Source: Ferroacidibacillus organovorans (lineage in GTDB: Bacteria > Bacillota > Bacilli > Alicyclobacillales > SLC66). From it: a DNA stretch of 64,000 nt. The translations under genes and the position numbers were made by a program. This document shows, piece by piece, positions 31,422 through 40,733 of the stretch (within the stretch, counting starts at the first letter, position 1; the number at the start of each line of letters is the position of its first letter). Location of the stretch: NCBI RefSeq assembly GCF_001642725.1, contig NZ_LSUQ01000008.1, positions 1 through 64,000 of the forward strand, given 5' to 3'. The notes under the pieces are model-generated. The model saw only the letters and a program-made list of their open reading frames with translations, searched no databases and was not told the origin of the DNA.

Positions 31422-32621
31422 TCAGGTCCCGTTCATTGTGGTCGACGCCATATTCATTCCGCCCATGGAATTGTTCATTGAAGACGATGCGTCAGTGTTT
31501 CCCTCGGAAGAATTAGAGCTTGAAGACGTTTTTGGTTGCCCATCCTGATTGAAAAATGGCGGCCAAGGAGTCCCCTGATAATGGAACACAGTCAGCATGC
31601 CACCTTCTTGACCGTTAAGTCCCGCTGTATGATGTGGCAAATGGCAATGGAAAACCCACGTTCCTGGATTGTTCGCTGTGAACTCAATGTCATACGTTTC
31701 CCCAACACCCACATTGATGGTGTTGGCCAGATACTGCGCCGATTTCGGTAAAGGGTTGCCATCCTTAGCAACAACCAAAAAGTTATGTCCGTGTAAGTGT
31801 AGCGGATGGCTTTGCATACTCAGATTGCCAATTCTCACGAGAACCTTTTCGCCTTTTTTCACTTCCATCGGTGTCGTTGCAGGGAACTGCTTTCCATTGA
31901 AGGTGAATGTATTCCAGTTCATACCTTCCGGATTGACATCGTACGTTCCGGCTGGCACCTGGCCCTCGCCGTACGCCGGCATACTCATTCCGCCCATGCT
32001 ACCCGGCTTCTGTAACTGCCATTCTTGCAGAAGAATTGTATAATCTCGATTGACTGTCTGTCCGTCAATTTTACCGCCATTCTTCGGTAGAGAAATGAAC
32101 ATACCGTCGAGCCCCATCATCTCTTGCGTGGAAGGCTGAACATGTGAATGGTACATGAATGTACCTACTTGTTTGACGGTGAATTCATATGCATAACTCT
32201 TTCCCGGTTGAATGGCCGGCCCTGGTTCTATTCCGGGAACACCGTCCATGTTGTTGGGTACAATGAGTCCGTGCCAATGAACACTGGTTGGCACTTTCAA
32301 ATGGTTGCTCACCACAATTTTAACCCTATCGCCCTCGTGAACAACGATCGTGGGACCGGGGGTGCTTCCGTTATATCCCCATGCGTTCATAAATACACCC
32401 TTTGAAACTTCCTGCTTCACCGATTCAGCAACCAAGTGAAACACTTTCACACCATTTTCAAACGTGTATTGTGCCTGCGGTGTATCGGGTGTTACCACCT
32501 TCGCCTCACTTGTTGCGGCAGAAGCAACCGCGCCTTGTGTATTCCAAACTCCCCATCCAATGGCTGCGACAGCCACGACCAAAATCCCAACGATAAGAGT
32601 ACGTAAGCGATTCTTCTTCAA
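31422..32621 (-). CDS. Secreted two-domain multicopper oxidase
   Basis: N-terminal signal/anchor; VHWHG, MYHSH, HPLHLHGH, HCHLPHH...GGM; Met-rich tail. Confidence 0.9.
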   Translation of the reverse strand: MKKNRLRTLIVGILVVAVAAIGWGVWNTQGAVASAATSEAKVVTPDTPQAQYTFENGVKVFHLVAESVKQEVSKGVFMNAWGYNGSTPGPTIVVHEGDRVKIVVSNHLKVPTSVHWHGLIVPNNMDGVPGIEPGPAIQPGKSYAYEFTVKQVGTFMYHSHVQPSTQEMMGLDGMFISLPKNGGKIDGQTVNRDYTILLQEWQLQKPGSMGGMSMPAYGEGQVPAGTYDVNPEGMNWNTFTFNGKQFPATTPMEVKKGEKVLVRIGNLSMQSHPLHLHGHNFLVVAKDGNPLPKSAQYLANTINVGVGETYDIEFTANNPGTWVFHCHLPHHTAGLNGQEGGMLTVFHYQGTPWPPFFNQDGQPKTSSSSNSSEGNTDASSSMNNSMGGMNMASTTMNGT

Positions 32622-32640
32622 GTATCTCACCTCCAACTAA

Positions 32641-32655
32641 TACTATACGGGGGTA
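32641..32655. promoter_or_regulatory. CsoR-like operator
   Basis: TACTATACGGGGGTA just upstream of the oxidase start. Confidence 0.6.
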
Positions 32656-32911
32656 CTGTACTTAGTTCAAGTGATATGTTATCCTTAAGTCTAATGTTTC
32701 ATGTTTTTGTCACAACGCAGTCCAATCTGGAAACAAATAAAGGGGGCCACCGTATATCCCTACGTGAGCGCATTTCGGGATTCACTTGATACCGAAACAG
32801 ACGTTCAACATTTATGTGACAAGATGACTTCAAGGATTGGTCCAAACAGACGAGGTATATAATGAACTTTAAGCGTTGCTGTCAATGCGAGAACAAAGGA
32901 GCTGACTACAC

Positions 32912-33130
32912 TTGAGCATACTGAGAGAATTGTTCGGAGGCGGGCACCATGGTGGGCACGGAGAGCACCATGGCGGGCACGGAGAGCACCATGGTGGGCA
33001 TGAAGAGCACCACGGCGGACACGAAGAGCACCACGGCGGACACGAAGAGCACCACGGCGGACACGAAGAGCACCACGGCGGACACAAAGAGCACCATGGT
33101 GGGCACCACGGTCGAATTTGGCACGATTAA
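32912..33130 (+). CDS. His-rich repeat peptide, (GGHxEHH)7, putative metal-storage protein
   Basis: 72 aa with 26 His; AAAGGAG RBS upstream; strong hairpin right after the stop. Confidence 0.75.
   Translation: MSILRELFGGGHHGGHGEHHGGHGEHHGGHEEHHGGHEEHHGGHEEHHGGHEEHHGGHKEHHGGHHGRIWHD
32945..33109 (+). repeat. 21-bp tandem repeat (~7.5 units)
   Basis: Consensus GGCGGACACGAAGAGCACCAC, varying mostly at synonymous positions. Confidence 0.95.
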
Positions 33131-33132
33131 GT

Positions 33133-33166
33133 ACAAAAGGTCGGCCCTTTGCGGCCGACCTTTTGT
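33133..33166. terminator. Bidirectional intrinsic terminator
   Basis: ACAAAAGGTCGGCC-ctttgc-GGCCGACCTTTTGT between convergent genes. Confidence 0.85.
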
Positions 33167-33175
33167 GATCTTCGT

Positions 33176-33700
33176 TTAAGGCATGTTCGCCGGGATTTGA
33201 TACGATGGGGGTGAGACAAACTTTGAACCGATTTCAATCACAATGTTTTCTTGATTCTTGAGCTTGATCGACCTGAGATCTCCTTTGAATAGCTGACCGT
33301 TCACGTACACCTTCACTGACTTACCGAAGATTGCTTTCGGATATTGCTGCCAGATGTCAAGAAACTGTCCCAATGTAAAGTTACGCTGGGACGGTGCCTC
33401 CACATGAATGACACCAGTGGTATCATGGGTGTGGATCCAGTACAAACAGGAACCGCTATTGTGTATCCCGATTTGCGACGGAATAGTCGTCTGTTTCCCA
33501 TTATCAATGATGTATAAATGTGTGTGTAACCTCACTTGGAAATGTTCAGTACTGTCACAAGATATGCCATCAACCGTGGGGAATCCTCCACCAGCTTCAC
33601 TTCCCGCTGGATGCTTTTGATTGTACCCATACAGCACAAGAAAAAATGCGACCACCACAGCCGCTACAATCGCCGAAAAAATGGCCGTTCCTTTAGTCAT
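33176..33700 (-). CDS. Membrane-anchored extracytoplasmic protein with HxH / HTHD..G.IH.E motifs
   Basis: N-terminal TM; LHTHL, CLYWIHTHDTTGVIHVE, FTLGQFLDIW. Confidence 0.75.
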   Translation of the reverse strand: MTKGTAIFSAIVAAVVVAFFLVLYGYNQKHPAGSEAGGGFPTVDGISCDSTEHFQVRLHTHLYIIDNGKQTTIPSQIGIHNSGSCLYWIHTHDTTGVIHVEAPSQRNFTLGQFLDIWQQYPKAIFGKSVKVYVNGQLFKGDLRSIKLKNQENIVIEIGSKFVSPPSYQIPANMP

Positions 33701-33743
33701 TTCTTCACCTCAATATCGTGTATTGCAACAGACTTCCGAACTT

Positions 33744-34190
33744 TTACACTCGTGTCGCCACTCCGCTTTTCATATTCCTCGGCATCGATTTGACGTATAG
33801 CACACCCCACAAGACAAATCCCACAACAGTCGAAATCACCATTAGTGGTATGTTGATCGTCATATACATGCCCAAGTACATGATGACACCACCAACAAGG
33901 GCCGGAATGATAAATCTTCTGCGGCGGATACCAATTGAAACTGTGACCAACAAAACGGAAACTACCAAAATAACGGGGCCGAATTTGAGGATCGTCTCAA
34001 GCCATCCGGGTGACGACCCAGACATACTATTCATTCCCATACCGGACATAGACATAGCCGACATCGATCCCGAAACAACCGCACCCGCGACACCTATTGC
34101 CGCCAAGATCATGGATCCCATACAAACGATACAACCGACAATACCAAGGATACCGCTCATTCTACTGCCAAATCTCATCCCGCGTTTCAT
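33744..34190 (-). CDS. Hypothetical membrane protein with CxxC and a Met-rich loop
   Basis: GCIVCMG, SMSAMSMSGMGMNSMSG; ~4 TM. Confidence 0.7.
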   Translation of the reverse strand: MKRGMRFGSRMSGILGIVGCIVCMGSMILAAIGVAGAVVSGSMSAMSMSGMGMNSMSGSSPGWLETILKFGPVILVVSVLLVTVSIGIRRRRFIIPALVGGVIMYLGMYMTINIPLMVISTVVGFVLWGVLYVKSMPRNMKSGVATRV

Positions 34191-34285
34191 CAGCCTACCC
34201 TGTCCCTCCCCGAACCTGGACTGCACTCACTGTGTTAAAAAATCTTTTAATCTACCCTACCTCGGCATCGTATAAGTGTCAATTA

Positions 34286-35900
34286 GGGCCTGCTGAATGA
34301 TTTACACAGTAGACCATATGGCCCCAAAATACGTTCCAAGTAATTCTCCGAAGAGGAGCCAAAAAAGAAGCCGCAGCCTCTTCTCCAGATTCATCACCAG
34401 TAGTTGCAGAGCTATCACGGTCTCACTCGTCTGACGAAGCCTTGCTCGAATCAGTCCAAGCCCATAGCTACGCTTGGCTTCGCCGAATTTCCCTTCCACT
34501 GCGTTGCGCTCGCTCATGTCTTGGTATTCTTGTTTCTTTTGTTCTGGATCCACGTGTTTAGGTGGTCGCCCGAGTTTCGGACCGCTCAACCGAATCCCGT
34601 GTTCCTTGCAGTACCTAAGATTTTCTCGGGTTCGGTAGATTTTGTCCGCCAGAATCGCTTCAGGGTAGCATCCGAAGCGCTCCACATATCGTTCCACCGA
34701 CTCGATGAGTGTCGTACCCTCATTGAAGCTGTCCCAGCTTGTCCTCTCCATCATGGCGTATCCGTCCACGACGCTGATTGCAACTTTTGCACCGAACTCC
34801 ACATTCGCTTTGGCCTTCCCACGTACAATGGGTCGAACATCTGGCTGCGCGATGCTTACGATTCTGTCATCCACCCGATGACTACGAGACCGATACATCT
34901 CTCGCTGCTGGCGATGCAACTCATGAATGACCAAGAGATCTCGATACTGTTTCTTCGAGAGCGCTGTGAGTGGCGTGTGTTGCCCCAATTGTTCGATGAA
35001 TCTCAAATCCCGCGCAACATAGCGCAACTGCCGTCCAATCGCCTTGCGAATCTCTGAGCGGCTTGGCTTCCGGTTCTTCGCTGTTCTCAGATAGTCACGA
35101 CGCGCTTGGCGGCGACGGTCTCTCGGTTTCTTCATGCCACCCACATGTGGCGCATGCAGGATATCGATGATATCTTCGAGCTTCTCGCGCGCGGTGTTCA
35201 GCAGTGCCAAGTCAGTCGGATATGCAATATCCGCTGGTGCACACGTTGCATCAAGAATGAGCTTTCCTTGATGCGTGCATGGTGCTTGAGACTCGTCTTT
35301 TGACCGGCCCTCTTCTTCGGAGGGGTTAGGTGGATTGCCCTTGGGCTCATCGTCGTCTCCGCTCTCTTCTTCATGACGTGCGGCCTGCACAATCCACTCA
35401 TTCACTTGGTTAATGGCGTCGGGTCCGAGCCGTTTACGAAAGTACGTTAGAAGAGAAGGATCAAAAGGTGGTTCTTCCTGATATGCCTCAAGACCGAGGA
35501 AGTACTGCAGATACGGGTTTTCTGTGATGTGTTGGACCAAGTGACGGTCGGAAAAACCTTCACGTTCCTGAATGATGAGTGCGCCAAGCGCCATCCGAAC
35601 AGACATTGCACGTCCGCCTCGAAGGTCCTTGCTAAAGTGCTTGCTGTATTCCTGTTCCACGCGACGCCACGGAATGAGATAGGCGAGCTGGACCCAACGA
35701 TTATCTTCACTGAGTCGACCACCAAACGGTAGAAAGAAGTCGCCAGGCAGTATCTGTTGATCCTGATGATTCGCGTACAATGTCCTTCCTCCAAGTGCAC
35801 GGTTTTTTGTCCGTTCCGACCAAAATCCATACACTTCAATTCGACAAAACACACTCGAAACCCTTGTTGTTAAAGGGTTTTCTATTCATTCAGCAGGCCC
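34286..35900 (-). mobile_element. Complete IS5-family insertion sequence
   Basis: 15-bp TIRs GGGCCTGCTGAATGA / TCATTCAGCAGGCCC; flanking direct repeat CAATTA (34280-34285, 35901-35906). Confidence 0.9.
34302..35780 (-). CDS. IS5-family DDE transposase
   Basis: ENPYLQYFLG, ILDAT..PADI.YPTD, RPIVRGK...EFGAK, ILADKIY, RNAVEGKFG; TTG start 35780 with GGAGG RBS. Confidence 0.92.
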   Translation of the reverse strand: MYANHQDQQILPGDFFLPFGGRLSEDNRWVQLAYLIPWRRVEQEYSKHFSKDLRGGRAMSVRMALGALIIQEREGFSDRHLVQHITENPYLQYFLGLEAYQEEPPFDPSLLTYFRKRLGPDAINQVNEWIVQAARHEEESGDDDEPKGNPPNPSEEEGRSKDESQAPCTHQGKLILDATCAPADIAYPTDLALLNTAREKLEDIIDILHAPHVGGMKKPRDRRRQARRDYLRTAKNRKPSRSEIRKAIGRQLRYVARDLRFIEQLGQHTPLTALSKKQYRDLLVIHELHRQQREMYRSRSHRVDDRIVSIAQPDVRPIVRGKAKANVEFGAKVAISVVDGYAMMERTSWDSFNEGTTLIESVERYVERFGCYPEAILADKIYRTRENLRYCKEHGIRLSGPKLGRPPKHVDPEQKKQEYQDMSERNAVEGKFGEAKRSYGLGLIRARLRQTSETVIALQLLVMNLEKRLRLLFWLLFGELLGTYFGAIWSTV

Positions 35901-35976
35901 CAATTAACTGCATGAACTTGCCTTAGTTTGGACACCTTATGGGCGAACATCCCATTTTGGAAAGGGGTAGTACGTT

Positions 35977-36327
35977 GTGGCGATGCAAATGAACATGGTG
36001 TCTACCGAGAAATATCAGGCCTGCATTGACGCATGTAAGGCTTGCGGTGCCGAGTGCGAGAAGTGTGCAACAAACTGTTGCAGAATGCCGGATGCGTCAC
36101 ACATGGGTAAATGCATGGAACTGTGTCGAGATTGCGCCAATATCTGCGAGTTATCTGCGCAGTTTATGTCCAGAGACAGTCAGTTTGCAAAACAGTTATG
36201 TGGGCTGTGTGCGACGATTTGCGAAGCGTGCGCCGCAGAATGTGCAAAACACGACAACCCCACTTGCCAAAGCTGTGCTGAAGCATGCCGCAATTGTGCA
36301 ACCGAATGTCATAAGATGTCTGCATAA
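35977..36327 (+). CDS. Four-helix-bundle copper storage protein (Csp3/DUF326-like), intact
   Basis: Repeated CxxxC/CxxC; CRDCANIC; no signal peptide. Confidence 0.9.
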   Translation: MAMQMNMVSTEKYQACIDACKACGAECEKCATNCCRMPDASHMGKCMELCRDCANICELSAQFMSRDSQFAKQLCGLCATICEACAAECAKHDNPTCQSCAEACRNCATECHKMSA

Positions 36328-36330
36328 AGG

Positions 36331-36358
36331 ACAGTAGGAGGCGTTTGCCTCCTACTGT
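36331..36358. terminator. Intrinsic terminator hairpin
   Basis: ACAGTAGGAGGC-gttt-GCCTCCTACTGT. Confidence 0.8.
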
Positions 36359-36392
36359 TGGTTTCTACACTCATTGGTGAATAATCAATTCC

Positions 36393-37217
36393 TTAACTTG
36401 CGCCCTTCTCTTTTACTTTCAACAACGCTCGCCATATGGAAGAACCGCCAATACCAGCCATAATGACAATGACCAGAAGCAAAGCGACGTTGATAGTATC
36501 TAGGTTGTGAATATGTACCCCTGTTGCAATCCCCCAATCCATCAGCCCCGGCAGCCAGAACGCAATAATTGCAATAAAAACAAATAAAATCCCTCCATAA
36601 AGGAGCGTATTTCCTGCAACATAACGGCCAATAAATGCCTTTGCCTTGTCCCCCAAATTTCTCTGCTCCATCCACCGGCCAAATGCGGCACCAATGATCA
36701 CTTGCATAATCGTGCTCCCTGCTCCATACAAAAAGCCTGGCATAAAACCGAGCCAGGGAGTTGGCATGGTAGGAGCAATCACGGTATAAAGAATGGTTGC
36801 CATTGCGCCTATACCCCAACCGGCCACGAATCCATGTAGCAATGCCAAATTCACAGGTATGGGTTTCCCATTGTCAGATACAGCGGGAAGCAATCGTTCT
36901 ACCCATGGTAAGAAACGAAAAGACTTGCCTCGGTTCAGGACATAATACCCATAAAGCGCCATCACCAGTCCAACCAAGAAATAAATAATCGTTTCTTCTC
37001 CGGGTTTCATTAAAAAACCCGCGAGTGCAAAATAAGCCAACTGGGAAACAATCGCCCTTTGCGCTGTGAACGCAGCCGAGAAGTAAAACCCCGCGCGCAT
37101 CCCTCCTTTAGTGCTGTAACTGCCGATGGCATAACTGAACGTGATCGGCCAAGTATGTTCATCCGGTGTAATCCCGTGAATCATGCCAAGAAACAGAGCG
37201 GTCATTAAATCCATCAT
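36393..37217 (-). CDS. Putative transition-metal permease (HGITPDEH motif), copy 1
   Basis: ~7 TM; GMIHGITPDEHTWP and LHGFVAGWG resemble the two His motifs of NiCoT/UreH/RcnA-type permeases. Confidence 0.7.
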   Translation of the reverse strand: MMDLMTALFLGMIHGITPDEHTWPITFSYAIGSYSTKGGMRAGFYFSAAFTAQRAIVSQLAYFALAGFLMKPGEETIIYFLVGLVMALYGYYVLNRGKSFRFLPWVERLLPAVSDNGKPIPVNLALLHGFVAGWGIGAMATILYTVIAPTMPTPWLGFMPGFLYGAGSTIMQVIIGAAFGRWMEQRNLGDKAKAFIGRYVAGNTLLYGGILFVFIAIIAFWLPGLMDWGIATGVHIHNLDTINVALLLVIVIMAGIGGSSIWRALLKVKEKGAS

Positions 37218-37249
37218 GAGGGATACATGTTAGGGATTCCACAAGTTTA

Positions 37250-37672
37250 TCAATTGAACTCACCGAACCTCTCTCTGGTAAACGTCGCACATGTACCGAA
37301 CAAATCAAGTTTGTGGTACTCGACCACACAGCCATCCGGAGTGCTAAGTTCCTGCTGACAATCAAAAAGGTCATTTACCCGGTGGCAGTCAAGACAGATA
37401 AAATGATGATGATGCGAGTGCGTGCAGTAGGTGTAGTACACCGCACCATCAAGCAAGAACGGCGAGACCAACCCAATTTTAGTCAAGACTTCGAGCATCC
37501 GATATACTGTGGTTAGGCCAATCCCTACTCCTGCGCCCAACGCTGCTTGGTGAAGCTGAATCGGCGTTCGTGCTTTGTTCGCATGTGAAAATAAACCGAG
37601 CAGTGCTTTGCGCTCTTGAGTGAGGCGATAGTTTTGCTCATGCAACAATGATCGAATATTCGTTATCATCAT
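37250..37672 (-). CDS. Fur-family transcriptional regulator, copy 1
   Basis: RLTQER, IGLTTVYRML, HHHHFICLDC, L.G.C. Confidence 0.9.
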   Translation of the reverse strand: MMITNIRSLLHEQNYRLTQERKALLGLFSHANKARTPIQLHQAALGAGVGIGLTTVYRMLEVLTKIGLVSPFLLDGAVYYTYCTHSHHHHFICLDCHRVNDLFDCQQELSTPDGCVVEYHKLDLFGTCATFTRERFGEFN

Positions 37673-37678
37673 GCCTTC

Positions 37679-37701
37679 TTATTGAAAATCATTTTCAATA
37701 A
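37679..37701. promoter_or_regulatory. Fur-family operator (11-1-11 palindrome)
   Basis: TTATTGAAAAT-C-ATTTTCAATAA, perfect palindrome directly upstream of the fur-like start. Confidence 0.8.
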
Positions 37702-37908
37702 TGGATTGTACGGTTTGCTATCTCGTCTTGTCAATAAAACCTGCGACAGTTTGATTATGATGTAAGTGGGATACTATAATATTTCGACTTAAACAGCTAG
37801 ATCGAGGAGAACGTTCACGATACTTCTCAACGATTTTCCACCATGAAGATGTGATAGGCTATAAAGGTGATTTATCAAGTGCGTTCATGTAGGGGGACCA
37901 AAACATCT

Positions 37909-38709
37909 ATGAATCAATCCTATTCCGTCAACCGAATCCGAGGCATACGTCCATTAACCAAGGTTCCAGAAGTAACAATATACTTCTGGATTGTGAAGTT
38001 GCTGACGACCGCTATGGGTGAATCGACATCGGATTATCTGGTTTATCACATCAATCCATATATGGCGGTCATTCTTGGCTTCCTTGGTTTTGTTATCGCG
38101 TTCGTTCTACAGTTTACCATTCGCAAGTACGTGGCGTGGATCTATTGGTTATTTGTCGTCATGGTTGCAATTTTCGGCACGATGGTTGCTGATGTGACCC
38201 ACGTTGTCTTGGGAGTATCATATTTAATCTCGACCATCGTCTTTGCCATATTCATGATCGTGGCGTTTACGATTTGGTACAAGGTGGAGAAGACGCTTTC
38301 TATCCACAGTATCAACACTCGACGACGTGAGGTGTTTTATTGGTCGGCGGTGCTCGCAACCTTTGCGTTGGGAACTGCTATCAGTGATATGACGGCTATG
38401 ACATTGCATCTTGGCTTCTTCGCATCAGGCATTCTGTTTGCGGTGCTGTTCCTGCTTCCTGCACTAGGATATTCACTGTTCAGGTTCAATTCGATTTTCG
38501 CCTTCTGGTTCGCTTATATCATGACCCGTCCACTTGGGGCTTCGTTTGCTGATTGGTTCGGGAAGCCAAAGAGTATTACGGGCCTCGGATACGGCGATGG
38601 GATCGTGGCTATGGTGTTGACAGCACTTATCATTATCTTCGTTGGTTATTTGACCGTCACTCGTAGGGATGTCCAACGCGAAACAGCCAGGTTGGGGTTC
38701 GAAAGATAG
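37909..38709 (+). CDS. COG4705/DUF347 membrane-anchored protein
   Basis: KVPEVT.YFW..KLLTT.MGE..SD; E.FYW...TFALGTA; TRPLGASFAD. Confidence 0.88.
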   Translation: MNQSYSVNRIRGIRPLTKVPEVTIYFWIVKLLTTAMGESTSDYLVYHINPYMAVILGFLGFVIAFVLQFTIRKYVAWIYWLFVVMVAIFGTMVADVTHVVLGVSYLISTIVFAIFMIVAFTIWYKVEKTLSIHSINTRRREVFYWSAVLATFALGTAISDMTAMTLHLGFFASGILFAVLFLLPALGYSLFRFNSIFAFWFAYIMTRPLGASFADWFGKPKSITGLGYGDGIVAMVLTALIIIFVGYLTVTRRDVQRETARLGFER

Positions 38710-38869
38710 TGTACTCGATACCACTCGACAAAATAGCGTGCCAAATCAACTGATTGGCACGCTATTTCTTTGTGTCTGTTTTGATACTTCGTGAAATCAT
38801 GTGTTAATTCACATGTCATTTGGACTGCGAATTCTTTTTTGTCCTTCAAAACGCAACCCGCAGCATAAG

Positions 38870-39118
38870 TCACCCAGCCCCTTTGTTGTCCGTACTATCC
38901 ACGCGCGTGCCCTGATGCATACGCAGTAGCCGACTTACGATCCAGTTCGCCGTCAGACTTACAACTGACAAGGTGGTCATATAAACGAAGAACGAGTCGC
39001 GGTAATGCGTTATCATCCAGTACCCGGCGATTGTGCCAAGCATGTAACCCGGGATTCGCCACGCCGCCTGTCGATACCGTTTGGCGATTCGAAGGAGGTT
39101 ACTCAACATCACACCCAT
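38870..39118 (-). CDS. Small hypothetical membrane protein
   Basis: 82 aa, two hydrophobic segments, downstream of lgt. Confidence 0.5.
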   Translation of the reverse strand: MGVMLSNLLRIAKRYRQAAWRIPGYMLGTIAGYWMITHYRDSFFVYMTTLSVVSLTANWIVSRLLRMHQGTRVDSTDNKGAG

Positions 39119-39151
39119 CCTGTCGTCGTAATGTAACGCGGCCGTGGGGTT

Positions 39152-39946
39152 TCAAGTGTCTGATGTTATCGGTTTTTTGCGATCAAATACGAAGAGTAGA
39201 ATGGTAATCACCACACCTGCAATCACAACTGGCATTGAGGTCCACTGCGCCGCATCCCAGTGAAATAAAAATCTAGGAGAGTCCCCTCTCAGCATTTCCA
39301 ACAAAAACCGGACAAAATTATAACCGACCAGATAAAACATAAACAGGAACCCTTTCGGCCACCTGCGTTGCTTCAGTACCAACATCAGGGCAAACAATAT
39401 GATATCGGCTTGTCCCTCCCACACCTCTGCAGGCCAGAGAGGTTGGTTGCCATAGGTCTGATACGCGAGTGTTGATTTGGGGTACAACAAGCCATAGCCA
39501 AGATGCGTTGGGCTACCGAATGCGTCTCCATTCATCAAATTGGCGTCACGTCCGATGCTTTGCGCGAGCAAAAGGGCTGGAGCGACGATATCTGCCATTG
39601 TCCAAAAGGATAGTTTGTGTCGGCGAATATACCAGATACCAACGACTAATGCACCCGCAACACCACCTTGAATAGACAGCCCTCCATGCCAAATGGCGAT
39701 GATTTGACCCAGGTGTTTCGAGTAGTACTGCCAGTCAAAGAAGAAAACCTGCCAGAACCGGGAACCAACCAAACCTCCAATCAGTAACCAAGGTGCCAAA
39801 TTCCACAAGTGAGGAACATACTCCGGCTTCTTATCAGCCTTTGCAAAATACACGGCCGCCCCAAGTCCAAACAAAAATGCCGCTGCAAAAATCGTGCTGT
39901 ACGCTCGCACAGGAAAGTTCCCTATCCAGAACCAATACTGATGCAA
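39152..39946 (-). CDS. lgt: Prolipoprotein diacylglyceryl transferase (accessory paralog)
   Basis: GSRFW, IWHGGLSIQGG, QSIGR.ANL.NG.AFG, RFLLE.LR.D. Confidence 0.88.
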   Translation of the reverse strand: MHQYWFWIGNFPVRAYSTIFAAAFLFGLGAAVYFAKADKKPEYVPHLWNLAPWLLIGGLVGSRFWQVFFFDWQYYSKHLGQIIAIWHGGLSIQGGVAGALVVGIWYIRRHKLSFWTMADIVAPALLLAQSIGRDANLMNGDAFGSPTHLGYGLLYPKSTLAYQTYGNQPLWPAEVWEGQADIILFALMLVLKQRRWPKGFLFMFYLVGYNFVRFLLEMLRGDSPRFLFHWDAAQWTSMPVVIAGVVITILLFVFDRKKPITSDT

Positions 39947-40162
39947 TCAATATCCCTCACTTTCCCCTAGGCCGTAGGCTTGCCATTCATCCGCATTAAG
40001 CTTATCATAGACGTAGCACGGTACGATACCCCGGTTATGTATTATGAAAATTTGATGACATTTGACGCACTTGTCATCCTATTTGTACCGTAAAGGGAAC
40101 GCTATTCGTGCGGGTATCCATGCTAATTTTCACATGCCATCCACATACGGGAGTTCGTTAAA

Positions 40163-40699
40163 ATGCACAAGGTTCCTCGTCGCAATATCATTATTTTTAG
40201 CGTTGCTGCAATCGTGGCCGGAATTTTAGGATACTATCTATGGCAGTATGGAAAATATGTAACACCCGCTAAGATTGGTGACATTACGCCAGACATAAAG
40301 GCCGTTACAGTAACCGGGCAAAGCTTCGAACTGAAAAACCTACAAGGCGACCCGGTCTTTCTAAACTTTTTCACGCCATGGTGTCCACCTTGCATTCAGG
40401 AGACGCCAGACCTGATTGCCTTTGCCAAACAGTATGGCAAACGGATACATGTCGTCCTAATTGACCGGGGCGACGATAGCGTTTTGGTTCGAAACTATGT
40501 GAGCAAATACCACATCCCGTCAGAGATGACGGTGCTATTAAGTTCGACCGATCATTGGTCCCCTCCTTACGGGGTGACAGGTCAACCTGAAACGTTCTTG
40601 ATTTCATCAAACGGCCGGATTGTCAAACATATTATCGGCCCACTGACAGAAGCGCAGATGGTTCAATACGCCAAAGAGGCGGGTATGAAGAACCCTTAG
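40163..40699 (+). CDS. TlpA/ResA-like thiol-disulfide oxidoreductase
   Basis: N-terminal TM; NFFTPWCPPC; GQPETF. Confidence 0.88.
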   Translation: MHKVPRRNIIIFSVAAIVAGILGYYLWQYGKYVTPAKIGDITPDIKAVTVTGQSFELKNLQGDPVFLNFFTPWCPPCIQETPDLIAFAKQYGKRIHVVLIDRGDDSVLVRNYVSKYHIPSEMTVLLSSTDHWSPPYGVTGQPETFLISSNGRIVKHIIGPLTEAQMVQYAKEAGMKNP

Positions 40700-40733
40700 A
40701 GGAGGGCTTACGCTGCTCGGAACACATCCAACC

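Noticed and set aside
32945..33109. Possible CRISPR array
   Set aside because: Contiguous tandem units with no unique spacers, and no cas genes in the window.
32869..33179. Cys-rich (PPWCSSC)n, (SAVVLFV)n and (TTADTKS)n ORFs that look like a metallothionein, RiPP or membrane peptide
   Set aside because: They are alternative frames of the same 21-bp repeat. The RBS, terminator and synonymous variation support only the His-rich + frame.
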